From NCBI GenBank assembly GCA_963665665.1, contig OY762428.1, positions 4,672,001 to 4,736,000 of the forward strand: a DNA stretch of 64,000 nucleotides. The letters are read 5' to 3'. The notes below the pieces were generated by a model. The model made no database searches and was not told where the DNA came from. It saw nothing but the letters and a program-made list of their open reading frames with translations. A program made the position numbers and the translations under genes. The first letter of the stretch is position 1; every line of letters begins with the position of its first letter. Shown in pieces: positions 49,112 through 59,177 of this stretch. This stretch comes from Candidatus Kapaibacterium sp. Lineage in GTDB: Bacteria > Bacteroidota > Ignavibacteria > Kapaibacteriales > UBA2268.

Positions 49112-52100
49112 ATGAAAAACCGAATCATACCATTCTTATCAGCAGCATTAATGCTTGCTGTGGCGTATTTTATAACAGATGGAATTAATCAGCCTGTAGC
49201 TGTTGATACGGGGGCAGCCCCTGAGACGAATGCCCACGGAAGGATACAGTCCGAACTGAAAAGGATGAGGAATCCCCGTACAGGTATTATTCCAATGGAT
49301 ATCAGGTCAAAGGAAATGAAATTCGCGATGTCGCTTCCGGGTTCTCCTGATAGAATGAAAAAAGGCCTTGACAGGCCAAATTCAATTAACTGGAAACAAA
49401 GAGGTCCGTATTACACTGGCGGCAGAACAAGAGCATTTGAAATGGATGTCCGGAATGAAAACATTCTTCTTGCAGGCGGGGTGTCCGGCGGTATGTGGAT
49501 ATCAACTGATGCCGGAACGAGCTGGACAAAAACCACCAGGCCGGAGCAGTTACATTCTGTTTCCTGTATTGCACAGGATACGCGTCAGGGCAAACAGGAT
49601 ACCTGGTATGTCGGAACAGGTGAATTCTGGGGAAACTCAGCCCGAATTTACGGCGACGGTATTTTCAAATCCGTCGATAACGGACGTTCCTGGGAACTTC
49701 TCCCGTCAACATCAACGGATAGGCCGCAGAGCTACGATAATGATTTTGAATTTGTATGGAACATTGTTACAAACCCCGCAGCACCCGATTCTGTGGACGA
49801 AGTATATGCCGCTACTGCTTTCGGAGCTATCAGGCGTTCATCCGACGGTGGAGAAACATGGGAAACCATGCTTGGCGGCTATGGTAATTACTATTCTTTA
49901 TTCACTGATATAGCTGTTACTTCTGACGGTGTTTTTTATGCATCGCTCAGTGCTATGTGTTTCAGGGGAGATTCATCTCTAACAAAGGGAATCTTCAGGT
50001 CTGAAGACGGTTTGAACTGGGTTGATATCAGCCCGGAATTCATGCCCGAAAGTTATAAAAGGATTGTTATTGCTGTTGCTCCGTCCGATGAAAAACAAGT
50101 TTATTTCATTGCGGAAACACCCGGAACCGGAAAATGGACAACCAACTCACAGCATAGTGACCTTTGGCACAGCTTCTGGAAATATACCTATATTTCAGGA
50201 GACGGAACCGGCGAGGGCGGAATATGGGAAGACCGTTCCGAAAACCTGCCCTGCCCTGATACTGTTCGCTGGCAGATGAACTCGCAGACTTCGTACAACC
50301 TGGTGATGGAAGTGAAACCTGATGATCCTGATTTTGTTATCTTTGGCGGAACAAATCTGTACCGTACCACGAACGGACTAACCACTCCGGACAACTGGAC
50401 GCTGATTGGCGGCACATGCCCCGATCCTGATGCTGAATGTTATTATCGCTATCGTTATCCGAATCACCACTCAGATCAGCATGCAATTTTCTTCCTGCCG
50501 TCCGATAATAATGTTATGTTTACGGGTAATGACGGAGGATGCCAGAGGACAGATGATATCACTGCCGACAGGGTGGAGTGGATTCCTCTGAACAACGGAT
50601 ATTATACAACTCAGTTCTATGCAATTGCTGTTGACCATGCTACAGAAGGATCCAAACTTCTTCTCGGAGGACTTCAGGACAACGGAACATTACTGAATAC
50701 AACAGATGAATTGAAAAGAGTATGGAATGATCCTTCACGTGGCGACGGCCTTACATGCCTTGTTGCTGACGGCGGACAGATCATATATACATCCCAGAAT
50801 TACGGTTCAAGGCCTGTTGGCGTCAGGATGGACAGATCCGTTATTGACGGCGAGGGCAATACAATGATAAAAACAAGAATTGATCCTGCCGGGGGTAAAG
50901 ATTTTATCTGGAATCATCCCTTTGTTCTTGATCCTAATGATGATGCGATTATGTATGTTGGTGGGGGGCAGATTGTCTGGAGAAATAGTAATCTTGACGA
51001 AATACCTTTTCAGGCATCATCGGATTCAACTTCAATCAACTGGGACAGCTTGTCGTATACACGTGTAAATGCAAGTATGCCACTGGTAACTTTTGATTCT
51101 GAGATAACAGCTCTTGATGTTTCGAAAACTCCGGCTAATATTGTTTATTACGGAACCGATATGGGAGAGCTTTTCAGGATTGATAATGCACACGAAGGTA
51201 ATCCCGAGCCGATAAAAATTACATCTGAAGATTTCCCGAATAAAGGATATATAAACAATATTACCGTAGACCCGGAAGATGGAAATAAGGCAATTGTAGT
51301 ATTTTCAAGTTACGGCGAGCAAAGCCTGTTTTACACAACAGATAAGGGTGAAAATTGGGAAGCTGTTTCTGGAAACCTTGAAGAGTATCCCAATGGAACA
51401 GGAAACGGCCCTGCATGTTTCTGGGCTGAGATACTGAATGTCGGCGGAAAGAAAGTTTATCTTGTTGGTACATCAACAGGCCTGTATTCAACGGCTTATC
51501 TTGATGGATTCTATACTGTCTGGAAGCAGGAAGGAACTGAAGAAATCGGCAACATGGTTGTCCGTATGATCGACGCCCGACACAGTGATAATTATGTTGT
51601 TATTGGTACTCACGGTGCAGGAGTGTTTGAAACATTTTATTATGAAACTCCTGTTGCCCCGGCTGCCCCGCAGCTTATGTCACCTGCAAACCAGGAAGAA
51701 GGAATTCTTGAATATGCCGAACTAAAATGGTCATCTGTTCCTGATGCTGTTTTTTACGATCTTGAAGTTGCAAGCGATCCGGATTTCAACAATATTGTTT
51801 ATATAGCTACAGGACTAAAAGAGACAAAAAGAAATGTTGGCGACCTGGTTCAGGGAATGGTTAAATATTACTGGCGTGTTCGTGCAAAAGGTTCCGGCGG
51901 GATCAGCCTGAATTCAGATGTATTCGAATTTTCAACGGCAGTGCTGGCGCCTGAATTGCTACTTCCGGAAGACAAGGCTGACAGCCTGGAAACAAGCGTG
52001 GAACTGAAATGGGCGGAATCCGAAGGGGCGGACTCATACAGAATACAGGTTTCGGACAGGCCTGTATTTACTGATCCGATTGTGGACACAGTGGTTTCTT

Positions 52101-52510
52101 CAACCAGTGTTTTCCTGGCAGATCTTCCCGACGGAAAGAAAATTCGCTGGAAAGTTGCCGGTATCAGAAACGGCAAAGAGGGCCTTTTCTCATCCTCATT
52201 CAGTTTCAAAACAAAAGAAATTGTTTCCGTAGATGATATTCATAGTAGTTTTGTTATTGATCCTGTAATCTATCCAAATCCCGTAAAAGATAACTTCAGC
52301 CTTAAGTTCAGGTCGGAATATCCCGGAACGGTAATGACTGACATTGTTGATATTAATGGCAGGATAATGACAGGAAAAATTAGGAAGAATATTATAAGCG
52401 GAAATAACATGTTTGATTTTAAAACTGTTAATTTTGCAAACGGGAAGTATTTCTTAAGAATATGGATTAACGGAGATAAGAAAATTATCCCCTTTGTTAT
52501 TGAAAAATAG
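49112..52510 (+). CDS. Large BNR/sortilin-like beta-propeller protein with two FN3-like domains and T9SS CTD
   Basis: WKQRGP..TGGRTRA, GGVSGG.W.S.D.G.SW, HSDQH, GGLQDNGT, GTHGAG, AP.L.SP...YYWRVRA, IYPNPVKD...FVIEK. Confidence 0.88.
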   Translation: MKNRIIPFLSAALMLAVAYFITDGINQPVAVDTGAAPETNAHGRIQSELKRMRNPRTGIIPMDIRSKEMKFAMSLPGSPDRMKKGLDRPNSINWKQRGPYYTGGRTRAFEMDVRNENILLAGGVSGGMWISTDAGTSWTKTTRPEQLHSVSCIAQDTRQGKQDTWYVGTGEFWGNSARIYGDGIFKSVDNGRSWELLPSTSTDRPQSYDNDFEFVWNIVTNPAAPDSVDEVYAATAFGAIRRSSDGGETWETMLGGYGNYYSLFTDIAVTSDGVFYASLSAMCFRGDSSLTKGIFRSEDGLNWVDISPEFMPESYKRIVIAVAPSDEKQVYFIAETPGTGKWTTNSQHSDLWHSFWKYTYISGDGTGEGGIWEDRSENLPCPDTVRWQMNSQTSYNLVMEVKPDDPDFVIFGGTNLYRTTNGLTTPDNWTLIGGTCPDPDAECYYRYRYPNHHSDQHAIFFLPSDNNVMFTGNDGGCQRTDDITADRVEWIPLNNGYYTTQFYAIAVDHATEGSKLLLGGLQDNGTLLNTTDELKRVWNDPSRGDGLTCLVADGGQIIYTSQNYGSRPVGVRMDRSVIDGEGNTMIKTRIDPAGGKDFIWNHPFVLDPNDDAIMYVGGGQIVWRNSNLDEIPFQASSDSTSINWDSLSYTRVNASMPLVTFDSEITALDVSKTPANIVYYGTDMGELFRIDNAHEGNPEPIKITSEDFPNKGYINNITVDPEDGNKAIVVFSSYGEQSLFYTTDKGENWEAVSGNLEEYPNGTGNGPACFWAEILNVGGKKVYLVGTSTGLYSTAYLDGFYTVWKQEGTEEIGNMVVRMIDARHSDNYVVIGTHGAGVFETFYYETPVAPAAPQLMSPANQEEGILEYAELKWSSVPDAVFYDLEVASDPDFNNIVYIATGLKETKRNVGDLVQGMVKYYWRVRAKGSGGISLNSDVFEFSTAVLAPELLLPEDKADSLETSVELKWAESEGADSYRIQVSDRPVFTDPIVDTVVSSTSVFLADLPDGKKIRWKVAGIRNGKEGLFSSSFSFKTKEIVSVDDIHSSFVIDPVIYPNPVKDNFSLKFRSEYPGTVMTDIVDINGRIMTGKIRKNIISGNNMFDFKTVNFANGKYFLRIWINGDKKIIPFVIEK

Positions 52511-52537
52511 CATTGTAAAATAATTCAGAAAAGAGAA

Positions 52538-53491
52538 ATGAAAAAAGTATTAATAGCAATATTATTTATTATTATATCAATTAACTGTCTGCAGGCACAG
52601 GATGTAACAGCAGGCAGGGAAATTGATACGAACGACGTACTGCTTGGTGACTGGATAAATGTCAGCCTTTATGTAAAAAGTAAGCCGCCTGTTGATGTAG
52701 TTTGGCCGGCAATACCTGATTCACTTGGAGAGTTGGAAGTTATATCCCGCTCGAAGATCGATACTCAGATGGTTGAAGGCTCGAGAATACTCAAAGGAGT
52801 TATTACCGTAACGGCTTTTGATTCAGGACGGTATGAATTTCCTCAGGTTACATTCATGTATAAGCGGGAGGGATTCGATGAGCTGTTCTCAGCGAGCTCA
52901 GATCCGGTAGAATTGAATTTCACTGCTGTCAAAGTAGATACTACTCAACCTATCAGGGATATCAAAGGCCCAATGGAAGTTGAATTCTCAATCCTTGATT
53001 ATTTATGGGAAATTATTATAGCTTTTGCTGTGATCGGGCTGGGCGTTTTTCTGTGGTTCTTCTTTAAAAACCGGAAAAAGGAAAAACCTGAAGCTCTGGA
53101 TTATGATCCTAAAATTCCTCCACATATACTTGCACTTGAAGCATTGCGGCAGTTGAATGAGGAAAAACTATGGCAGCAGGACAAAGTAAAACTTTACCAC
53201 AGCAGGCTGACAGATATTGTCAGGGTTTATATTTTCAGGCGGTTTGGAATTGACGCGCCGGAGATGACAACGGCAGAAACAGTTCAGAACCTTTCCAGAC
53301 TCGTTGCTGCTGAACAGATAGAAAAAATTCGCGTGATGCTGGAACTTGCAGACCTTGTGAAATTCGCTAAGGTAAAGCCGCTGCCAAATGAAAATTCACT
53401 CAGCTATGATAGTGCTATTGAATTTGTCAGTGCAACCATTCCTGCTGAAAAAGAAAAAGAAGAGAATAACGGCGGAGGTGAAAATGTTTGA
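52538..53491 (+). CDS. Bat-operon-associated membrane protein (BatD-like)
   Basis: TAFDSG, DIKGP, single TM, EMTTAE, ADLVKFAK; typical gene preceding batA. Confidence 0.8.
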   Translation: MKKVLIAILFIIISINCLQAQDVTAGREIDTNDVLLGDWINVSLYVKSKPPVDVVWPAIPDSLGELEVISRSKIDTQMVEGSRILKGVITVTAFDSGRYEFPQVTFMYKREGFDELFSASSDPVELNFTAVKVDTTQPIRDIKGPMEVEFSILDYLWEIIIAFAVIGLGVFLWFFFKNRKKEKPEALDYDPKIPPHILALEALRQLNEEKLWQQDKVKLYHSRLTDIVRVYIFRRFGIDAPEMTTAETVQNLSRLVAAEQIEKIRVMLELADLVKFAKVKPLPNENSLSYDSAIEFVSATIPAEKEKEENNGGGENV

Positions 53492-54494
53492 CCACATTGA
53501 ATTTGCCAATCCCGAACTGCTTTGGCTTTTACTGATCATTCCTATTCTTGCAATATGGCATTTTTTCAGGCTGAGGAAATTGTCACCTGCAATAAATATT
53601 TCTGATTCCTCACCGGTTTTGGCAGTTAAACCGACAATAAGGCAAAGGCTGCGTCATATATTACCTATTTTCCGTCTTATTGCTATTGGATTGCTTGTTG
53701 TAGTGTTGGCAAGGCCGCAATCAAAGCTAAGCGGAAAATCTGTTCATACCGAGGGTATTGATATTGTAATGGCGCTTGATGTTTCAACATCCATGCTCGC
53801 CGAAGATTTTAAACCCAACAGGATTGAAGCAGCAAAGAAAACAGCCTCCGAGTTTATTAAAATGCGTGAAAACGACCGGATTGGCCTGGTGATATTCAGT
53901 GGCGAGAGCTTTACACAATGTCCCATTACAATTGATCATGACGTACTGTTGAATATGTTCTCATCAATCAAAAGCGGTATGATTGAGGACGGTACTGCAA
54001 TCGGTATGGGGCTTGCCACTGCAGTTAACAGGCTGAAGGACAGTAAGGCAAAAAGTAAGGTGGTGATCCTGCTGACCGACGGAGTCAATAATACGGGCTT
54101 TGTTGCTCCTGAAACAGCAGCCGATATTGCCAAAACCTATGGAGTAAGGGTGTATACAATTGGTGTTGGTACCAGAGGCATGGCTCCTTATCCTGCAAAA
54201 TTTAAAACCTGGGGAGGCCAGGTTGTTACAAAGTATCAGAACATTGAAGTAAATATTGATGAAGATGTACTAAAAAGTATCGCATCTATTACCGACGGTA
54301 AATATTTCCGGGCAACCAATAATAAAAGCCTCGAGAAGATTTATTCAGAAATCGACGAGATGGAGAAAACCCGTATTTTCGATTCATATTATAATAAATA
54401 TAATGAGGAATTTTTGCCTTTTGCATTGTTGGCAGCAGGGCTTCTCCTGCTTGAGATACTTCTTAGATATACATGGCTTCGTGTATTACCTTAG
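53484..54494 (+). CDS. batA: vWA-domain protein BatA
   Basis: FANPELLWLL, LARPQ, DVSTSM MIDAS, GTAIGMGL, ILLTDG, YTIGVG; likely start MFDH at 53484. Confidence 0.92.
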   Translation: MFDHIEFANPELLWLLLIIPILAIWHFFRLRKLSPAINISDSSPVLAVKPTIRQRLRHILPIFRLIAIGLLVVVLARPQSKLSGKSVHTEGIDIVMALDVSTSMLAEDFKPNRIEAAKKTASEFIKMRENDRIGLVIFSGESFTQCPITIDHDVLLNMFSSIKSGMIEDGTAIGMGLATAVNRLKDSKAKSKVVILLTDGVNNTGFVAPETAADIAKTYGVRVYTIGVGTRGMAPYPAKFKTWGGQVVTKYQNIEVNIDEDVLKSIASITDGKYFRATNNKSLEKIYSEIDEMEKTRIFDSYYNKYNEEFLPFALLAAGLLLLEILLRYTWLRVLP

Positions 54495-54520
54495 ATTTAT
54501 TTATCAATTTCTATACAAAG

Positions 54521-54560
54521 AACCTTCTGAAAACAAAGATTTTTTGGAAGGTTTTTATTT
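54521..54560 (+). terminator. Intrinsic terminator
   Basis: AACCTTCTGAAAA...TTTTGGAAGGTT followed by a T tract. Confidence 0.6.
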
Positions 54561-54749
54561 TGATTAAAAAAAATAGATTTACCAAATAAGATATTATAGA
54601 ATGAGTAAATAAGATTTTAAAAAATATTCTGATATAATTGATAAAACAAATTTTATAATTAAGCATTTATTATTTGTAAATTCTCTTCGCCGCACTTAAA
54701 TTGACATTAAGCTGGATTGTTTTTTCGGCAGGGAGTATATATAGTATAA

Positions 54750-55727
54750 ATGAAAAAAAAGAGATCCATAACTTTTATTGATATTTCTTCACCGGTATTT
54801 GCACCCGGTTTGGGAATATTTGCATCTATATTACTAAGTTTAATAACACTTGTTTCTGGTTATTTATCGGACTCTGTACTGCTGTTTACTAACGGATTAT
54901 TGTGGTCCTCGGATATTATTCTTACTATACTCTACTATTTAGCTGTTAAACAGAGAATGAAAACTCCGGATGAAAAATTTATTCGGGGATATGGAAAATT
55001 TGAATCTCTGGGTAAGGTTCTTTTATTTATGCTGCATCTGATAATTTTATTTATTTATTTATTACCCGGAGTTTTCAATATTAGCGAAGGCAGTCCTGAT
55101 AATTTCTCCCTGATGGCAGGTGTTGTAATTCTTTCTGTACTTATTATCCGTTTTGTCATATTTCTTCATACGAGTTCAGGAAGGCAGTTTAATCTTGAAT
55201 TATTGGATTATGGCGCTTTGCTTTGGAAAAAGGAGCAAATGGCTGATATCCCTTTGCTGATTATCATTATGGCTATTGGCTGGAATAGTATTTACGGATT
55301 TGCAGGGATAAATCCTTATTTTGATAAAATATCAGCAATTTTTCTGTTTATCTTCTTTTTTGTAAAAAATAGTGCTGATTTGAAATGGGCGTTTAAATTG
55401 CTTCTGGACAATGATATACCGGAAAATATCCAATATTCTGTTCTTAAGGCTATTGCTGATAATTTCGACAGCATCTGCGAATACCGTAATATGAGGTTTA
55501 CCAGAAGGAAAGAAAGGATAATAATTGATCTGGATATTGTTATGCCGGATGATTTTTCGCTCAGTGAAAAATATTCCCTTGAGAAAAGATTAAGCGATGA
55601 TGTTGCTGAAGAATTCCCTGAAGCTACAGTCAGGATTTATGCTATGCCATGCAATATGGAATGCGGTGTGGCAAAAACTACATTTTGTCCTTTAAAAAAA
55701 CATGAAACCAGGAACGGAGATAAATAA
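54750..55727 (+). CDS. Cation diffusion facilitator-like transporter (degenerate metal site)
   Basis: Six TMs, PDEKF.RGYGKFE, LLD, C-terminal dimerisation-type domain with Cys-rich tail. Confidence 0.72.
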   Translation: MKKKRSITFIDISSPVFAPGLGIFASILLSLITLVSGYLSDSVLLFTNGLLWSSDIILTILYYLAVKQRMKTPDEKFIRGYGKFESLGKVLLFMLHLIILFIYLLPGVFNISEGSPDNFSLMAGVVILSVLIIRFVIFLHTSSGRQFNLELLDYGALLWKKEQMADIPLLIIIMAIGWNSIYGFAGINPYFDKISAIFLFIFFFVKNSADLKWAFKLLLDNDIPENIQYSVLKAIADNFDSICEYRNMRFTRRKERIIIDLDIVMPDDFSLSEKYSLEKRLSDDVAEEFPEATVRIYAMPCNMECGVAKTTFCPLKKHETRNGDK

Positions 55728-55730
55728 TAC

Positions 55731-56765
55731 ATGAGCTCTGATAGTAAATTTAATCCTCTGACTTCTGCTTCTGATAAACTGCCTGATGATGAACTTGATG
55801 TAGCTCTCAGGCCGTCGAATTTCGATGAGTTTACAGGGCAGAAAAAAATTACCGAAAACCTTAAAATATTTATTGCAGCTGCAAGAAAACGAAAAGAAGC
55901 CCTCGACCATGTTTTGCTGACCGGACCTCCGGGACTTGGTAAAACAACACTCAGCTATATTATAGCAAAGGAAATGGAAGCCAATATTAAGATTACTTCC
56001 GGGCCTGTACTTGAAAAACCCGGTGACCTTGCCGGAATTTTGACCAACCTGGAAAAGGGCGATGTGCTGTTTATTGATGAAATTCACAGGCTGTCGCCAA
56101 TAGTTGAGGAATATTTATATTCGGCAATGGAAGAATTTCGGCTCGATATAATGATAGATTCAGGCCCTGCGGCAAGGAGTATTCAGCTTAGCTTACCACG
56201 CTTTACGCTTATTGGTGCAACAACCCGTGCCGGCCTTTTAACGGCTCCCTTAAGATCCCGCTTTGGTGTAATAAACCGCCTGGATTATTACAATTCCGAA
56301 GAACTTGCAAAAGTAGTGAAAAGGTCGGCTGCCCTGCTTGATGTACCGATTATTGAAGACGGAGCTGTTGAAATTGCTTCCCGTTCCAGGGGTACTCCGA
56401 GGATTTCTAACCGGCTCTTGCGGCGTACCAGGGATTTTGCTGAAGTGAAAGGAAATGGAACGGTCACGATTGAAATAGCAAGAATTGCACTTGAGGCTCT
56501 TGATGTAGATCAGTTCGGACTGGATGAAATGGACAAAAGAATTCTGCTGTCGATTATCGAGAAATTCAACGGTGGCCCTGTCGGGCTGAATACAGTTGCA
56601 GTTGCAGTAGGAGAGGAACCCGGAACAATCGAGGAAGTATACGAACCTTTCCTGATTCAGCAGGGATTCATACATCGCACACCAAGGGGACGGGTTGCAA
56701 CCAGCTTATGTTATAAGCATTTCGGTATAAAAAGAAAAGAAGATAATCCGGGGCTTTTTGACTGA
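55731..56765 (+). CDS. ruvB: Holliday junction branch migration helicase RuvB
   Basis: [51 protein letters not shown]. Confidence 0.98.
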   Translation: MSSDSKFNPLTSASDKLPDDELDVALRPSNFDEFTGQKKITENLKIFIAAARKRKEALDHVLLTGPPGLGKTTLSYIIAKEMEANIKITSGPVLEKPGDLAGILTNLEKGDVLFIDEIHRLSPIVEEYLYSAMEEFRLDIMIDSGPAARSIQLSLPRFTLIGATTRAGLLTAPLRSRFGVINRLDYYNSEELAKVVKRSAALLDVPIIEDGAVEIASRSRGTPRISNRLLRRTRDFAEVKGNGTVTIEIARIALEALDVDQFGLDEMDKRILLSIIEKFNGGPVGLNTVAVAVGEEPGTIEEVYEPFLIQQGFIHRTPRGRVATSLCYKHFGIKRKEDNPGLFD

Positions 56766-57094
56766 TGGATAATAATTACTTTAATTTTTTTGAGGATATT
56801 CCTGATTCATCAACCGGGGAGGTTTTTCAGGATATTCTTAAAACCGGCAACGTCCGTATTGAAAGAATTGTTTCTTCTGGTCAGGCTTCACCTCCGGGTT
56901 TTTGGTATGATCAGGAGTGGGACGAGTGGGTTCTTCTACTTAAAGGTGCAGCTGTAGTGAAATTCTATGATAATAAATTTTATAATCTGCTTCCGGGTAA
57001 AAGTCTTTTTATCCCTGCTGGCAGAAAACACAGGGTTGAGTCAACTTCGTTAGAATGCGAAACAATCTGGTTGGCGATACATATTGAAAATTAA
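56765..57094 (+). CDS. Cupin-domain protein
   Basis: RIERIVS.GQASP.GFWYDQ..DEWV.LL.G.A, IPAG.KHRV, TIWLA. Confidence 0.88.
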   Translation: MDNNYFNFFEDIPDSSTGEVFQDILKTGNVRIERIVSSGQASPPGFWYDQEWDEWVLLLKGAAVVKFYDNKFYNLLPGKSLFIPAGRKHRVESTSLECETIWLAIHIEN

Positions 57095-57109
57095 CATCAA
57101 AATAAAATT

Positions 57110-57140
57110 AAAACCCGGAATGATAATATCCCGGGTTTTT
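57110..57140. terminator. Bidirectional terminator
   Basis: AAAACCCGG-loop-CCGGGTTTTT between convergent genes. Confidence 0.72.
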
Positions 57141-57178
57141 AAGATCAGCCCTCTGCCAAATTAGGGATGATACTCCGA

Positions 57179-58474
57179 TTAAAGGTTTACAACGGTCATA
57201 AGGAATGCCCAGTAAGGCATGTCTTCATTAACCCAAATCTTCTTCATTAGGTCGCCCTGGAGGAAAGTAGCAGCACCGCCAACAAGTTTGGCACCTTTAG
57301 TAATTTTGTATACAAGCTGCAAATCAATTTCCTGGCCAAAATCAGTAGGGTCGTCATCCATGCTGCTATTAGCCATAAAGTGATGGAAAGTTATCGATGG
57401 TATCCATTTTGATTTCTTTGTTCCATACTTAAAAGTTGCAAAAATATCATTAACACCGTGGTTGGCTGTGCCCGGGCCAACAGCAAGGAAATAATCCATC
57501 AGGCCAAGAAATTTATGTTTGGAACCCATGTAAACATCAATAAGAGTAATTTTATCACTTTCTTCAGGGTCCTGCCCTGAATACATTTCGATACCTGCTG
57601 TTATTGTCAAAGGTTTCAGTTTAATATCTGCTGTTGCAGACAAAAGATAGGCAGCGATATCTTTTGCAACAAACGTTTCACCTAAAGCGATTGTTTTAGT
57701 ACCCATCTGATAAGCAAATTCAAAATGAGGACTAATATTGCCAAATGTTGCGTTATAATGAATGCCGGATGTTATTCTTGATAAATTGTCTTTATCTTCA
57801 AGTGACTGTGTCCTGTCATTTTCGAAAAATGAGAACAGACTGATCGAATTATCTTTAACAGCTGTAGTATTGAGCCACAAACCATATACTCCGTATGAAG
57901 GATCAAGGTTTCCACTGGCTTCTGAATATGTTTTGCCGGGAATTATCTTCAAAATATAACCAGGTCCGCTGGTATGATTTGTATGGAAATACTCCGCTTT
58001 GAATTTTTCTGTATGATATTTGAGCCTTAAACCGTCGAAGGCTCTTTCGTTCATTCTCCAGAAACTATTTCCAATAAAACGGCCATTGTCGTAATTCATG
58101 ATAAAGCGGCCAGCCTGAATAGCAAGAGGACTATTGAAAACATTTTTGAATTCAAGATAACCTTCCTGTAAATCAAGATTATGCAAATCTTCTACAGGGC
58201 TGCCCTCAGAGCCCCAAACTCTTGAATCCCGTATATCAACTTTGAAAAGTATGTCTTCTCCAAGTGTTTTTTCAACTCCAAGCCGTACTTTCATAAATGT
58301 ATAACTGATCGGATCAGTGTCACTGTTGAAATCTTTTGCATCCATTTGTGTAGTCATGTGGCCAAGGCCGCTGAATTTCCAGCCGTCGGTCAGGATGTTG
58401 CCGGATTCCTTTTGAGAGAAAGCAGTATTAGTGAAGGCTAAGATTGTAATTAGTATGATAAAAATTCTAATCAT
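57179..58474 (-). CDS. Alginate-export-family outer-membrane porin
   Basis: Signal peptide, DSRVWG, L.EGY, GR...YDNGRFIG...W, FDG, HKFLGLMDYF, GQEIDL. Confidence 0.82.
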   Translation of the reverse strand: MIRIFIILITILAFTNTAFSQKESGNILTDGWKFSGLGHMTTQMDAKDFNSDTDPISYTFMKVRLGVEKTLGEDILFKVDIRDSRVWGSEGSPVEDLHNLDLQEGYLEFKNVFNSPLAIQAGRFIMNYDNGRFIGNSFWRMNERAFDGLRLKYHTEKFKAEYFHTNHTSGPGYILKIIPGKTYSEASGNLDPSYGVYGLWLNTTAVKDNSISLFSFFENDRTQSLEDKDNLSRITSGIHYNATFGNISPHFEFAYQMGTKTIALGETFVAKDIAAYLLSATADIKLKPLTITAGIEMYSGQDPEESDKITLIDVYMGSKHKFLGLMDYFLAVGPGTANHGVNDIFATFKYGTKKSKWIPSITFHHFMANSSMDDDPTDFGQEIDLQLVYKITKGAKLVGGAATFLQGDLMKKIWVNEDMPYWAFLMTVVNL

Positions 58475-58612
58475 AAGTAAACCCCTGTAATAAAACAAAT
58501 TTAATAGCATTGCTAATCAGTAATATAATTTAACAAAATATTTTATAAATAAAAATTATTATTTTGTAAATCAAATAAATTTAATTTTTGTAATAAAGTT
58601 TAGGGTTATAAA

Positions 58613-59047
58613 ATGGATCAATTTATAAAAGAAGCAATAAAAGAGGCCCGTACCGGCCTTGATGAAGGCGGAATACCTATTGGCTCAGTACTTGTGAAAG
58701 ATGACAAAATAATCGGCAGGGGTCACAACAAAAGGGTTCAGGATGCTGATCCGATAACACATGCTGAAATTGACTGCCTGAGGAATGCGGGGCGGGTTGG
58801 CAGCTATCGCGGAACAACATTGTATTCAACTTTGATGCCCTGCTATTTATGTGCCGGCGCTGTTGTTCAATTCGGAATTAAAAAAGTTATTGCAGGAGAA
58901 TCAGAGACATTTCCCGGAGCCAGGGAGTTTATGGAATCCCACGGTGTGGAAGTGATTGACCTGGATTTGGATGAATGCAAACAAATGATGAGTAAATTCA
59001 TCGATGAAAAACCGGAATTATGGAATGAAGACATCGGCGAGTTATGA
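58613..59047 (+). CDS. Cytosine/nucleoside deaminase (yeast FCY1-like)
   Basis: EGGIPIG, GHNKRVQ, HAE, PCYLC zinc motif, C-terminal WNEDIGE. Confidence 0.92.
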   Translation: MDQFIKEAIKEARTGLDEGGIPIGSVLVKDDKIIGRGHNKRVQDADPITHAEIDCLRNAGRVGSYRGTTLYSTLMPCYLCAGAVVQFGIKKVIAGESETFPGAREFMESHGVEVIDLDLDECKQMMSKFIDEKPELWNEDIGEL

Positions 59048-59177
59048 GCAGGATAACTTCTCTTATGCACAGAATATTTAATACCTCACAAGCAAATAGC
59101 ATTTGAAATCAATGTTTATCGGGAAAAAATGTTATTTTTGAAAAAAGTTGTATTTACAAATTTGAAACGAGGACTAA

